The notes: generated by a model not told the origin, from the letters alone. DNA of 64,000 bases from Candidatus Latescibacterota bacterium (GCA_963791045.1 CAWBQK010000015.1:96001-160000), one strand, 5' to 3'; positions 51,177-60,918 are shown, counted from the stretch's first letter. Numbers and translations: made by a program.

Positions 51177-52086
51177 TTTCACCCTCCACCCTCTCCTGTT
51201 CACGCCACCTGTCATGGAACCACACCCACTGCTTTGGATCGTACCGGATAAGCTGCTCGATGGCCAACGAGCATCGTCGAGTAAGCTCCTCAATTTTCTG
51301 ATTCTTGTCCAATGTTTTTTCCGGCGGTTCGACCCGTGGAAGAATCCGGATCTCGTGCCGCCCGTTGTGCCTCATGTAGATCGCCATCGGCACCACCGGC
51401 GCATCCGTCTGCACGGCAAGTCTCGCCACACCAGTCGGGGTATGCGCCGGTCGATCGAAAAACGGGACATAGATTCCGCTCACCCGGGTGTGCTGATCGA
51501 TAAGCACGGCCAGCGCTTCGCCGTCTCTCAGTACCCTGAGCACTTCTTTGCCGCCTGTATCTCGATCGATCGTTGTGTACCCCATCGATGCCCGGATCTT
51601 CACCAGCCGCTCATTCAGGCGCCTTTCCCAAATCTCGCGACCTACCACGTTCAGCGGGTACCCGTGATGGGCAAAATAGCCGGCAAGAAGCTCGAAACAG
51701 CCGATATGGCCCGTAATTACTATAATTCCCTTTCCAACCTCCAACGCCTCGTCGAGGTATTCCCGGCCTTCGACCTTCTCGACGAGCCCGGCCAGCCGTT
51801 CTTGCGAACTTCCCTCGAGATTGAGAAATTCGTAGAAATTCTTACCCAGCGTCTTGAAAGTCGCGCCGGCGAGCGCAGCGCGGACCGAGGCCGGCGACTC
51901 GGGAAACGCAAGGGCCAGATTCGACAGGGCGCGGTCGCGGTCCTTTTTGAAGATCCGGCTTGCCGTCATCCCAACCGCCGAAAAGAATTTCAACCCCACA
52001 CCGCGGGGAATGGTCCGAGCGAAGTGCATCAACCCGTTAAATGCGAGGACTTCGAGATTTCTTTTTATTTTTTTTGATCTTCTCAC
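51160..52086 (-). CDS. Lipid A biosynthesis acyltransferase (LpxL/HtrB family)
   Basis: TGHIGCFE (HX4E), LIDQ, PFFD..A.T, P.QWVWFH.RW. Confidence 0.9.
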   Translation of the reverse strand: MRRSKKIKRNLEVLAFNGLMHFARTIPRGVGLKFFSAVGMTASRIFKKDRDRALSNLALAFPESPASVRAALAGATFKTLGKNFYEFLNLEGSSQERLAGLVEKVEGREYLDEALEVGKGIIVITGHIGCFELLAGYFAHHGYPLNVVGREIWERRLNERLVKIRASMGYTTIDRDTGGKEVLRVLRDGEALAVLIDQHTRVSGIYVPFFDRPAHTPTGVARLAVQTDAPVVPMAIYMRHNGRHEIRILPRVEPPEKTLDKNQKIEELTRRCSLAIEQLIRYDPKQWVWFHDRWREQERVEGENDTVQ

Positions 52087-52189
52087 CCTTGTACCCTAAA
52101 ACACCCTCTAAAAAGAAAGCATCAACTACTCCGCAAAATCTCTAAAAACCTTACACTTATATAGTTAGCACACAGGCAGGCGCTCGTCA

Positions 52190-52205
52190 AGCAAAATGTA
52201 TGCCA
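52190..52205 (-). promoter_or_regulatory. Consensus sigma54 site TGGCATACATTTTGCT upstream of the acyltransferase-lptC-lptB-rpoN operon
   Basis: Exact TGGCA-N6-TTGCT spacing (GG-N10-GC); shares its last T with a TTGACG -35-like hexamer. Confidence 0.75.
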
Positions 52206-52319
52206 CAAGAAACGACTAGAAGGTCAAGGGCGGGAGGGGATCGTATTGGGAACAGGGTTGGCGGGTGGGGAGCGGTGAATATTTCGCACCTGGAGATTCG
52301 CGCGCCGGGGCGAGGAATC

Positions 52320-53381
52320 CTATTCGACGCTCAGCCCCGCCTGGAGGATATCATGGATGTGCAGGAGACCGGTTGGACGCCCGGAGTCATTGGTAATAAA
52401 GAACATAGTAAGCGGCCCACTCGCGTTCATCTCCATTCGGTTCAACGCGACCGACGCAAGCACATGGGGTCCGATCGTCTTGGGATTTCTTGTCATCAGG
52501 GTGTGTACCGGCGCTTCGAGCGAGTTGTCCTTCCGGACCAGAATCCGCTTGAGATCACCGTCGGTGATGATCCCGCACAATACACCGTCGCCGTCGACAA
52601 CACCGACACACCCGACGGCTTTGTCCATCATTTCGAGAAGCGCCTCCTGGAAGGGCGTTTCATGGGTCACGAGCGGAACGGCATCCCCCGTACGCATCAG
52701 TTCTTTTACCCGCAGCGTGAGCCGCTTGCCCAGAATTCCGCTCGGATGGAACCGCGCAAAATCTTCCGGCTTGAAACTCCGCCGTTTCATGAGCGCCGCG
52801 GCCAGCGCGTCACCCATGACCAACGCGACGGTTGTACTCGTTGTCGGGGCGAGATCGAGCGCGCACGCTTCATGGTCGACCTGTGTGTCGAGAACGATGT
52901 CGCTGTGCTCGGCAAGAAACGATTTGGTGTTGCCCGTCATCGCGATGATGGTGACTCCGAGACGCCTGAGAGTCGGGAGCAGCGGCCGAAGCTCGTCGCT
53001 CATTCCACTCTTCGAAAGAAAAACGACAACGTCGTCGCTGGTTACGAGACCCAGGTCTCCATGGGCGGCTTCGACCGGGTGAAGATAAAAACTCGGAGTT
53101 CCCGTGCTCGTGAGCGTCGCCGCGATCTTCTTCGCGATAAGACCGGACTTACCGACGCCAAAAATAATCAGACGCCCGCGGCATCTGAAAATCGTGTCAA
53201 CGGCATCGTGAAAATAGTCGTTGACCCTCCCACCGACCTGCTTGAGGCCTTCGATTTCATCGCGGAACACCGCTTTGGCGATATCGATGTCCTGCTTGGA
53301 CGCCTTCTCGTCGACCGGCCGCAATCTCGCCGTTGGCGACTCCGCGATCAATTTTTCTTTTTTTTCTGTTACTTTCTTCAT
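52320..53381 (-). CDS. kdsD: Arabinose-5-phosphate isomerase (SIS plus CBS domains)
   Basis: GVGKSG, TSTGTP, HPVEAAHGDLG, LAPTTST, FHPSG.LG; CBS pair. Confidence 0.95.
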   Translation of the reverse strand: MKKVTEKKEKLIAESPTARLRPVDEKASKQDIDIAKAVFRDEIEGLKQVGGRVNDYFHDAVDTIFRCRGRLIIFGVGKSGLIAKKIAATLTSTGTPSFYLHPVEAAHGDLGLVTSDDVVVFLSKSGMSDELRPLLPTLRRLGVTIIAMTGNTKSFLAEHSDIVLDTQVDHEACALDLAPTTSTTVALVMGDALAAALMKRRSFKPEDFARFHPSGILGKRLTLRVKELMRTGDAVPLVTHETPFQEALLEMMDKAVGCVGVVDGDGVLCGIITDGDLKRILVRKDNSLEAPVHTLMTRNPKTIGPHVLASVALNRMEMNASGPLTMFFITNDSGRPTGLLHIHDILQAGLSVE

Positions 53382-53412
53382 TCTGTTTCCGCCTCTGGAT
53401 CTCCAGGGGAAC

Positions 53413-54246
53413 TTAGTTTTCGTTTTTTAAGCGTCGTGAAATTTCAAATATACGCCGTGCGTTCTCGAGCAAACTCTCCAGGTCGGAAAATGGGAGCATC
53501 GACGCGCTGTCGCTCTTCGCACGCGCCGGATCCACGTGCGTTTCGATAAACAATCCGTCACACGGCATAGCCGCCGCCGCGCGCGACATGGCCGCGGCAA
53601 GAGCAGGTTCGCCACCGGATTTGTCCCCGAGACCACCCGGGCGCTGCAGGCTGTGCGTCGCGTCAAAAATCACCGGGCATCCAAATGATTTCATCCTTGG
53701 TATCCCGCGGAAATCAACCACGAGATCGTTGTATCCAAAAGTGGTTCCACGTTCGGTAACAAGTATGTTCTTTGCGCCGACGTTCTGCACCTTCTGGATC
53801 GCCAACCCGATCGCATCGGGGGAGAGGAACTGGCCCTTTTTTATGTTCACCGCGCGCGCGTGCCGGCCGGCGGCCTCGAGCAAGCTCGTCTGCCTGGAAA
53901 GAAAGGCTGGAATCTGAACAATGTCAAGCACCTCGGCCGCCGCCACCGTTTCCTCGACGGTGTGGACATCCGACAAAACCGGGCAACCGACGCTTTCCCT
54001 TACCTTTTCGAGGATTCTCAAACCCTCTTCGACGCCGGGCCCCCTGTAACTTCTGCCGGAACTCCGGTTGTCTTTGAGGTAACTGGCCTTGAATACGAAC
54101 GCGTACTCTTTTGTCACCGGCAGCCCGGCGATCTGTTCGGCGAGACGAATCGTCTCGGTTTCGTCCTCGATTACGCAAGGACCCGCGATCAACACCGGGG
54201 GGGAGTTTTCATCAATGGTTATCTGGCCAATTCGAGTCGGCTGCAT
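53413..54246 (-). CDS. kdsA: KDO 8-phosphate synthase
   Basis: AGPCVIE, QIPAFLSRQT, NIKKGQF, ERGTTFGY, FDATHS.Q.PGG, FIETH, KSD; the KANRS loop reads KDNRS. Confidence 0.95.
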   Translation of the reverse strand: MQPTRIGQITIDENSPPVLIAGPCVIEDETETIRLAEQIAGLPVTKEYAFVFKASYLKDNRSSGRSYRGPGVEEGLRILEKVRESVGCPVLSDVHTVEETVAAAEVLDIVQIPAFLSRQTSLLEAAGRHARAVNIKKGQFLSPDAIGLAIQKVQNVGAKNILVTERGTTFGYNDLVVDFRGIPRMKSFGCPVIFDATHSLQRPGGLGDKSGGEPALAAAMSRAAAAMPCDGLFIETHVDPARAKSDSASMLPFSDLESLLENARRIFEISRRLKNEN

Positions 54247-54272
54247 TTTGTCAGTTCTCGTTTGTCTGGGAA

Positions 54273-55955
54273 TTAGGTGTTGATGGCCCGTCGAACTTCG
54301 ATTGTCGATTCTTTGGATACCTGCTTCGCCGCCCTTACGAGTTCTTTAAACAGTGGGTGGGGTCGGTTGGGCCTGCTCTTCAGTTCCGGATGAAATTGAA
54401 CGGCGATAAAATAGGGGTGGTCTTTGATCTCTATGATTTCAACCAGACGGTCGTCGGGTGATGTACCCGAGATGACGAGGCCTTTTTCCTCGAACAACTC
54501 GCGATACTTGTTGTTGACTTCCCAACGATGCCGGTGTCTCTCCGCGACCTCCGCGGTTCCATAGCACCTACTGGCAAGCGTGTCGGGTTTGATCCGGCAT
54601 GGATAAGCACCCAACCTCATCGTCCCGCCCTTGTCTCCGTCGTGCGTCTGGTCTTTCATCAAATCGATAACAGGGTTCTGACAGTTGGCGCTGAATTCGG
54701 AACTTGCCGCATCGGGTATTTCGCAAACATTGATAGCAAATTCAATAACGGCGCTCTGAAGACCAAGGCAGATTCCAAGAAACGGAATTTTGTTTTCGCG
54801 CGCGAAACGCACGGCATCGAGTTTACCCTGGATACCGCGCTCTCCAAATCCGCCGGGAACGAGAACGCCCGACACATCCTTCAAGTAACGTTCGGCGCCA
54901 TGACTCTCAATGTCTTCCGCGTCGACCCACACGATGTTGACTTTCACATCGTTGTGGATTCCCGCGTGGGTGAACGCTTCGATGATCGATTTGTACGCGT
55001 CCCGCAGGTGGACATATTTGCCGCAAACGGCGATCGACACTTCGTCTTCAGCATCCGCCATCCGCTTGAGCAGACGCTGCCATTCGTCGAGATCCGGCTC
55101 GGGCACGTCCAGATCGAGCGCCTTTATGACAATGCTATCCAGCCGTTCTTTGTGAAACTGGATCGGCACCTGGTAGATCGAAGCCACGTCTTTTGCCTCT
55201 ATAACGGCCTCTTCGCGGACGTTACAGAACAACGCGAGTTTCTGGCGGATGTCCCGGTTGAGTGGAACTTCCGTCCGGCACAGAAGAATATCAGGCTGGA
55301 TGCCGATTTCCCTGAGCTGGCGGACGCTGTTTTGCGTCGGTTTTGTTTTCAGTTCCTTGGCCGCCCTTATATAGGGCACAAGTGTGAGATGAATAAACAG
55401 GCAATTTTCCGCGCCAATTTCAAGACGAAGCTGGCGCACCGCTTCCAGGAATGGCTGGCTCTCGATGTCACCCGTCGTCCCGCCGATCTCGGTGATGACG
55501 ATGTCGGGCGAAGCGTCGGACTCGCCGACTCCGCGTATCCGGCTGATGATCTCATCGGTGATATGCGGAATCACCTGGACGGTCTTGCCGAGATAACCGC
55601 CCCGGCGTTCGCGGTCAATGACCGCCTGATAAATTTGGCCGGTGGACACGCTGTGGTCACGCGTGACATCGGAATCGATAAACCGTTCGTAATGCCCGAG
55701 GTCCAAATCGGTCTCCGCCCCGTCGTCCGTGACAAAAACTTCGCCGTGTTGAAAGGGACTCATCGTTCCGGGATCGACATTGATATAGGGGTCCATTTTC
55801 TGGATCGTCACCTTGAGCCCGCGCTGCTTCAACAGAAGCCCGAGCGACGTCGCCGCGATTCCCTTTCCCAGAGACGAAATGACTCCACCGGTGACAATTA
55901 TGTGTTTCACGGTCCGCTCCCCGTCTGGCTTGTTCGTTGTCGCTCTGTGACCCAC
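54273..55955 (-). CDS. pyrG: CTP synthase
   Basis: VTGGVISSLGKG, DPGTMSPFQHGEV, KTKPTQ, GICLGLQ, ERHRHR, QFHPE. Alternative start GTG 55910. Confidence 0.98.
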   Translation of the reverse strand: MGHRATTNKPDGERTVKHIIVTGGVISSLGKGIAATSLGLLLKQRGLKVTIQKMDPYINVDPGTMSPFQHGEVFVTDDGAETDLDLGHYERFIDSDVTRDHSVSTGQIYQAVIDRERRGGYLGKTVQVIPHITDEIISRIRGVGESDASPDIVITEIGGTTGDIESQPFLEAVRQLRLEIGAENCLFIHLTLVPYIRAAKELKTKPTQNSVRQLREIGIQPDILLCRTEVPLNRDIRQKLALFCNVREEAVIEAKDVASIYQVPIQFHKERLDSIVIKALDLDVPEPDLDEWQRLLKRMADAEDEVSIAVCGKYVHLRDAYKSIIEAFTHAGIHNDVKVNIVWVDAEDIESHGAERYLKDVSGVLVPGGFGERGIQGKLDAVRFARENKIPFLGICLGLQSAVIEFAINVCEIPDAASSEFSANCQNPVIDLMKDQTHDGDKGGTMRLGAYPCRIKPDTLASRCYGTAEVAERHRHRWEVNNKYRELFEEKGLVISGTSPDDRLVEIIEIKDHPYFIAVQFHPELKSRPNRPHPLFKELVRAAKQVSKESTIEVRRAINT

Positions 55956-56002
55956 CGTTTATCTCCTGGACCCGTTGAATTGTGGAAAAACCCAGTCTAT
56001 GC

Positions 56003-56764
56003 CTAGCCCAATGCTTTTTCAACGTTTTTTACATCACCTGGAACATCAACACCCACGGTCGCTTCAGCGGTTTCCACCACATGGATCACCATATTGTTTT
56101 CCAGCGCGCGCAGCTGTTCGAGGCTTTCGGACTTCTCAAGCGGCGCCTGCGGCAGCTCCGCGAAACGAATAAGCGAATCGCGCCTGAAGACATATATGCC
56201 CACATGACGGTATCCGAGCGTCCCTTCATCGTCGGGTCGCGTATTCGTCGCCGCCGGATTGAAACGGTGCGGGACAGGAGAACGCGAAAAATAAAGCGCA
56301 CGCCCCCCCCCGCCAACGACCACCTTGACAATATTTGGATTGTTGAATTCGGCTTCTTCGTATATCGCGTGACAAGCCGTCACGATGTCGATCGCCGGAT
56401 CTTTTTCCATCGCCGCGACCATTTCTTCGACGAGCCCGATAGGAAAAACCGGTTCGTCGCCCTGGAGATTTACCACAATCCCGGCATCGAGCGTCGCGGC
56501 GACCTCGGCAACGCGGTCGGTGCCGGTGCGATGATCGCCGGTCGTGATGACAACTTCGCCGCCAAATTCCCTTACGGCGGCGGCGATGCCTTCGTGGTCG
56601 GTCGCGACAACGACACGCGCTGCTCCACGTATCCTCCGCGCCCGTTCGTAGACCCATTGGATAAGTGGTTTACCGGCGATTAACGCGAGTGGTTTGCCGG
56701 GAAAACGCGACGACTGGTGACGTGCGGGCAGAATAATAGCAAAGCCCGAGGGCATTACAGGCAC
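56003..56764 (-). CDS. kdsB: 3-deoxy-manno-octulosonate cytidylyltransferase
   Basis: PAR..SSRFPGKPL, TGTDR, VNLQGDEP, ALYFSR, LEQLRALE, VDVP.D. Confidence 0.96.
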   Translation of the reverse strand: MPVMPSGFAIILPARHQSSRFPGKPLALIAGKPLIQWVYERARRIRGAARVVVATDHEGIAAAVREFGGEVVITTGDHRTGTDRVAEVAATLDAGIVVNLQGDEPVFPIGLVEEMVAAMEKDPAIDIVTACHAIYEEAEFNNPNIVKVVVGGGGRALYFSRSPVPHRFNPAATNTRPDDEGTLGYRHVGIYVFRRDSLIRFAELPQAPLEKSESLEQLRALENNMVIHVVETAEATVGVDVPGDVKNVEKALG

Positions 56765-56866
56765 CTCGTTCTAAAAAAGGGGTCCATGCAGTAAGGGGCG
56801 TTAGAAGGGGGAAGAGGGACTGGTACCAGGCGGGGCTGCGCAGGACAAGGCCGTCCAGGGATCACC

Positions 56867-57124
56867 CTAGGCGGCCTGATGTACGCTGACCCGTTTCTTG
56901 TTCTTGCCAAATGACTCGAACCGGACCACTCCATCTATCTTTGCAAAGAGCGTATCGTCTTTGCCCTTTCCTACGTTCTCACCGGGATGAATCTTGGTTC
57001 CGCGCTGACGGATGATAATACTGCCGGCGCTAACTCGTTCACCCGCATAATGCTTGACACCCAGCCGCTTTGCCTGGCTGTCTCGCCCGTTCTTTGTGCT
57101 TCCAAGACCTTTTTTGTGAGCCAT
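56867..57124 (-). CDS. rpmA: 50S ribosomal protein L27
   Basis: [25 protein letters not shown]. Confidence 0.98.
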   Translation of the reverse strand: MAHKKGLGSTKNGRDSQAKRLGVKHYAGERVSAGSIIIRQRGTKIHPGENVGKGKDDTLFAKIDGVVRFESFGKNKKRVSVHQAA

Positions 57125-57161
57125 CTAGTTACACCTCGTTCAAAACCTGGAACAAACCGCC

Positions 57162-57482
57162 TCAACCGGCAAATGTCTTTATCCGGACTTCGGTAAAACC
57201 CTGGCGGTGTCCGTTGGTTCTGCGATAATCTTTTCTTCTCTTTTTCTTGAAAACTATGACTTTTTTGTCTTTACCGTGACGAACGACTTCGGCTTTGACA
57301 CTTTTGCCCTCGACGTACGGAGTGCCCACCTGGATCTTTTGTCCGTCCGAGAGGAGCATCACCTTGTCAAAAGACACCTCGGCACCAACCTCGTCTTCCG
57401 TTAGCGGAATCCGAACCAGCTCTTCGGCAGCGACTTTGCACTGGCATCCGTCGACATCAACAATCGCGTAGGTATCCATCAT
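57162..57482 (-). CDS. rplU: 50S ribosomal protein L21
   Basis: YAIV...G.Q.KV, VGTPYV, KVIVFKKKRRK.Y...GHRQ.FT. Confidence 0.97.
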   Translation of the reverse strand: MMDTYAIVDVDGCQCKVAAEELVRIPLTEDEVGAEVSFDKVMLLSDGQKIQVGTPYVEGKSVKAEVVRHGKDKKVIVFKKKRRKDYRRTNGHRQGFTEVRIKTFAG

Positions 57483-57523
57483 GCCTTCCTGAATCCGTTG
57501 AAAAATCGTCAAATAACCTTTCT

Positions 57524-57552
57524 TTAATACCGAAAATCACCCCGATTGTCAA
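57524..57552 (-). promoter_or_regulatory. Sigma70 promoter of rplU-rpmA
   Basis: TTGACA-17-TATTAA, with the -35 overlapping the RNase E/G stop codon. Confidence 0.7.
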
Positions 57553-59096
57553 GACAGTTCTTGCACCAGATCGCGGAAGCTTCTCATGGAAACGACTTTG
57601 AAGTCCTCGCGATGGAGCCGGGGATCGTCCTGAATCTCGATCTTGAAACGGTACTGCCGTTCGATCGAGTCGAAAGACGCCCGCCGCTCCTCTTCCAAGA
57701 AGAGTGCAAGTGATGAATTGACACGAAGTTGGATCCGCTTCTCGTTGGTGCGGGAGCCGATCCGCCGAATCCACTGTTCGATTTTGTTGGCCAGCGAGTC
57801 GAAGGACAACACCTTGCCCGTCCCTTTGCAGTACGGGCATTCGTCGCTAAAAAAATGAAGCAGGCTTGGTCGGACTCGCTTACGGCTGACCTCGACAAGC
57901 CCCAGATCGCTCACGGCAAACGCCTTGGCCCGCGACTTGTCTTTGCGGAGATAGTGACGGAGTTCGGAGAGGACCTTGCGCCGGTTGGCCTCCCTCTCCA
58001 TGTCGATAAAATCGATGACGATGATCCCGCCGATGTCCCGAACCCGCAGCTGCCTTGGAATTTCCTTCGCCGCCAGCATGTTGGTTTCGAAGATGGTCTC
58101 CTCCTGATCTTTCTTCCCCACATACCGCCCCGTGTTGACGTCGACCGCCACGAGCGCTTCGGTCGGATCGATGGTTATGTAACCGCCCTTTTTGAGCCAG
58201 ATCTTCCGGTCGAGGGTTTTTTCGATTTCGCGTTCGATATTGAATTTGTCGAAAATCGGCGTCTTGTCGCGGTACAGTTTGACTCGCGAACAGAGATTGG
58301 GGCTGAACGTCTTGAGATACTGCTGCAGTATCTTGAATTCGCGTTCGTTGTCGATGAGTATCCTGTCGACGTCATCGGTCATGACATCCCGGACCATCCC
58401 GATCAGAAGACCGACTTCCTCGTGGATTCGCAAGGGGGCCGCCGCCTTTTCCGACCGCGTCTTAATCTCCTGCCAGAGTTTGTGGAGATAGTTGATGTCT
58501 CCGACAATCTTCTTGGAATCAACACCGGTGCACGCCGTTCGCGCGATGATCGCCGTGTTGGCCGGCTTGCGGCGCGCGATAAGATTCTTGAGTCGTGCGC
58601 GTTCCTGCCTCGACTCAATCTTTCTCGAAACACCGAGATAGCTCAGGCTCGGCAGGTAGACGACAAACCGTCCGGGGAGCGATATCTGGGTCGTCAACCG
58701 CGGCCCCTTGGTACCTATCGCCTCTTTGGTCACCTGGACGAGGACTTCCTGCCCCTTTTTGAGAACCTTTTCTATGGGTGTCGGAGGGGGGGCATTCTTG
58801 TCGCGGGGATCCCTGCGCCCACCCCTGCGCCGGGGTGTTTCGACGATATCGAATTCTTTGAGCTTTTCGGGCGAACCCGAAAGATCGTTGGCGTGGAGAA
58901 ATCCCGCCTTTTCATATCCGATATCCACAAACGCCGCCTGGATTCCCGGGAGAATCGCGTTGACCCGTCCGAGGTAGAGATCGCCGACGAGTCGTTTCGA
59001 CTCCTCGCGTTCGACGAGAAACTCGACGAGATCGCCGTCCTCCAATGTCGCCACCCGGATTTCGAGCGACGTCATGTTGATTATGATTTCTTTCAT
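57549..59096 (-). CDS. Ribonuclease E/G family (RNase G length)
   Basis: ATG 59096 (MKEIIIN) overlaps the upstream stop. PGIQAAFVDIG, QVTKE.IGTKG, DVNTG, IGGIIVIDFIDM, CPYCKGTG. Confidence 0.95.
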   Translation of the reverse strand: MKEIIINMTSLEIRVATLEDGDLVEFLVEREESKRLVGDLYLGRVNAILPGIQAAFVDIGYEKAGFLHANDLSGSPEKLKEFDIVETPRRRGGRRDPRDKNAPPPTPIEKVLKKGQEVLVQVTKEAIGTKGPRLTTQISLPGRFVVYLPSLSYLGVSRKIESRQERARLKNLIARRKPANTAIIARTACTGVDSKKIVGDINYLHKLWQEIKTRSEKAAAPLRIHEEVGLLIGMVRDVMTDDVDRILIDNEREFKILQQYLKTFSPNLCSRVKLYRDKTPIFDKFNIEREIEKTLDRKIWLKKGGYITIDPTEALVAVDVNTGRYVGKKDQEETIFETNMLAAKEIPRQLRVRDIGGIIVIDFIDMEREANRRKVLSELRHYLRKDKSRAKAFAVSDLGLVEVSRKRVRPSLLHFFSDECPYCKGTGKVLSFDSLANKIEQWIRRIGSRTNEKRIQLRVNSSLALFLEEERRASFDSIERQYRFKIEIQDDPRLHREDFKVVSMRSFRDLVQELS

Positions 59097-59920
59097 GTTC
59101 TTGACTCCAATGCCGCACGGCTTATCGGGGAAACCAACGCGTTCGCTCTCTTGACGTAGAGTGAACTTCTCACCACGTGTACCGGTGTCTCGAAAGAACC
59201 GGGATCCCCGGCGAAAGGCGCGAGAATATTTTCGGGAAAGAGACTCTTCCCGCCGTGCATTGTGCTGACGTATTCGATTCTGATTACGGCATCCGACTCT
59301 GGCCCGCTTGGTTTGTCGATAGATGATTCCAACATTGTTGGAGTATCGGGCGCCGCGTCCGGCTGAGCATCGTGCTTTCCGCCCGCGGCAGGAAACCGCT
59401 CGCCGAAGGCCCTGGCAAAGTCGTCGAACGACCGCACCACGATCCTCGCGTGGGGTTCCCCCGATCCATCGGATACCTCGAAATTTGGTACACCGGCTCC
59501 GCCGGAAGACGAGCCAAAAAGGTCCGCCGCGTCGACCCGGACTTCGTACCGGGCCGCTTCGACATCGGCGGCGAGTTTTCGAACCGACTCCTCGACACGC
59601 CCCGTATCCAGAACCCGAATTCCTTCGGGGAGAACGGCATTGCACCGGTCCGGCACGTCTTCGGCCGGTGTGTCAAGAATCACGTCCACGAACTCGTCGA
59701 GACCTTCCCAGCCGGTACGAAGCGACGGCCCGAAGGACATCTTCGGGTGGGGGTTGAACCCCTGCGAGAAACTGACGGGTAACCCGGCGGTGGCAAAGCA
59801 GCGCCGGAAGATCCGCAAGAGATCCCGATGCGATGTAAACCGGATCGGGCCCCGTTTCTCATACCTGATTCGCAGACGCACCATGGCTAGTTCCGACGGA
59901 CGCACCTCCAGGGCCGGCAT
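59093..59920 (-). CDS. TIGR03936 radical SAM-linked protein (DUF2344), stand-alone
   Basis: RIRYEK.G..RF.SH.DL.R.F.R....AGLP..FSQGFNPHPKMSFG, LPEGI. Start may be ATG 59884. Confidence 0.88.
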   Translation of the reverse strand: MPALEVRPSELAMVRLRIRYEKRGPIRFTSHRDLLRIFRRCFATAGLPVSFSQGFNPHPKMSFGPSLRTGWEGLDEFVDVILDTPAEDVPDRCNAVLPEGIRVLDTGRVEESVRKLAADVEAARYEVRVDAADLFGSSSGGAGVPNFEVSDGSGEPHARIVVRSFDDFARAFGERFPAAGGKHDAQPDAAPDTPTMLESSIDKPSGPESDAVIRIEYVSTMHGGKSLFPENILAPFAGDPGSFETPVHVVRSSLYVKRANALVSPISRAALESRT

Positions 59921-59992
59921 ATCGCCGCACGCGTGCTGACAGAGAAAGTTTCTCGCACGACATAAGCTGCCCCGGGCTTGAGTCCGGTGGTT

Positions 59993-60918
59993 TTAGTTTT
60001 GCGCTGAGCCTTTTTCCAGGATGGACCTTTGCGGCGTTGTCGAGTGTGGCACTTTGAAGTCCCCGTTCGAACATCGATATCAAACGGGTGGCGAGCAGAT
60101 CCGCGGGTGCGCTTCTTTGGCACCGGCGTGCTTGGGCATATGAACGAGTTTTTTCATCGTCGATTCTCGAACTACTGAATCATCCACTACCGCGACCCGC
60201 TTGCCCCTTAGAACTCCCTTTACCGGACTGAACTTGATGCCGACGTTCGTGTCGTGCATCGACTGTTCCGGTTGGTTAAAAGTTCCACCCACATAAAGAT
60301 TTCGGATGAATCCAAGTTCGAATGAGATGCCGTGATCCTGGGAAAATCCAAGTGTGGATAAGTTGCTCGAGTCCGTAATGGCAATCACCATTTCCGCTTC
60401 CACGGGGTGATTCTTCGCGAGCGCTACTCCCAGCTGCCGGCTCATTTTATCCACGTTTTCTTCAATTACTCTTCGGTCTGGACGTGAAAAATAAATAAAC
60501 TCGAAAATGCGTTTGGCCTGCTCCGTCGATTCGGCAACGGCCGTCGACGTTATGCCTTTCTTGTCGACAACGACAAGTTTTCCTGGCCGTACATCCCTGA
60601 TGTACTCGGCTCCAATCATGACCTCCAGCCGCTTTTTCTGGCTTCTTGCTCAAAGAAGAACAACCTCGGCATCCATGGTCGCGGTGATAATCGAGCCGTT
60701 TCTTTTCATTTCCGAACGGCATTCGAACGCGTCGACGTGGATTTAGTTTTTCGCCAACGCAAACTCACCGACCCTTCGGTCTACGACCGGCGGCTGGATA
60801 TTTGTGAAACGAGGTTGCCCGGTGGTGAAGGACACAGACTCGGAAACGCGTGGAAGGCGGCGACGGAACAATTCCAAATTCCGAATACGCCGCAACATTC
60901 GCCAGTGGGCTCAACCAT
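59993..60918 (-). pseudogene. purF: Degraded amidophosphoribosyltransferase
   Basis: ATG overlaps the upstream stop: MVEPTGECCGVFGIW. Relics LHHR, NIQP..ALA, GSII..TMDAEV, IFEFIYFSRPD, DSSN, RNLYVG.TF.QP, VVDDSVVR, ICSPPV, C.NGDF. Internal deletions, frameshifts and in-frame stops. Confidence 0.9.

Noticed and set aside
59097-59645. N-terminal extension of the RNase E/G ORF (similar over-extensions on IIA, IID, lptC, ribF, rimP and the TPR gene)
   Set aside because: They overlap upstream genes or regulatory sites; better starts with an SD or stop/start overlap lie downstream.
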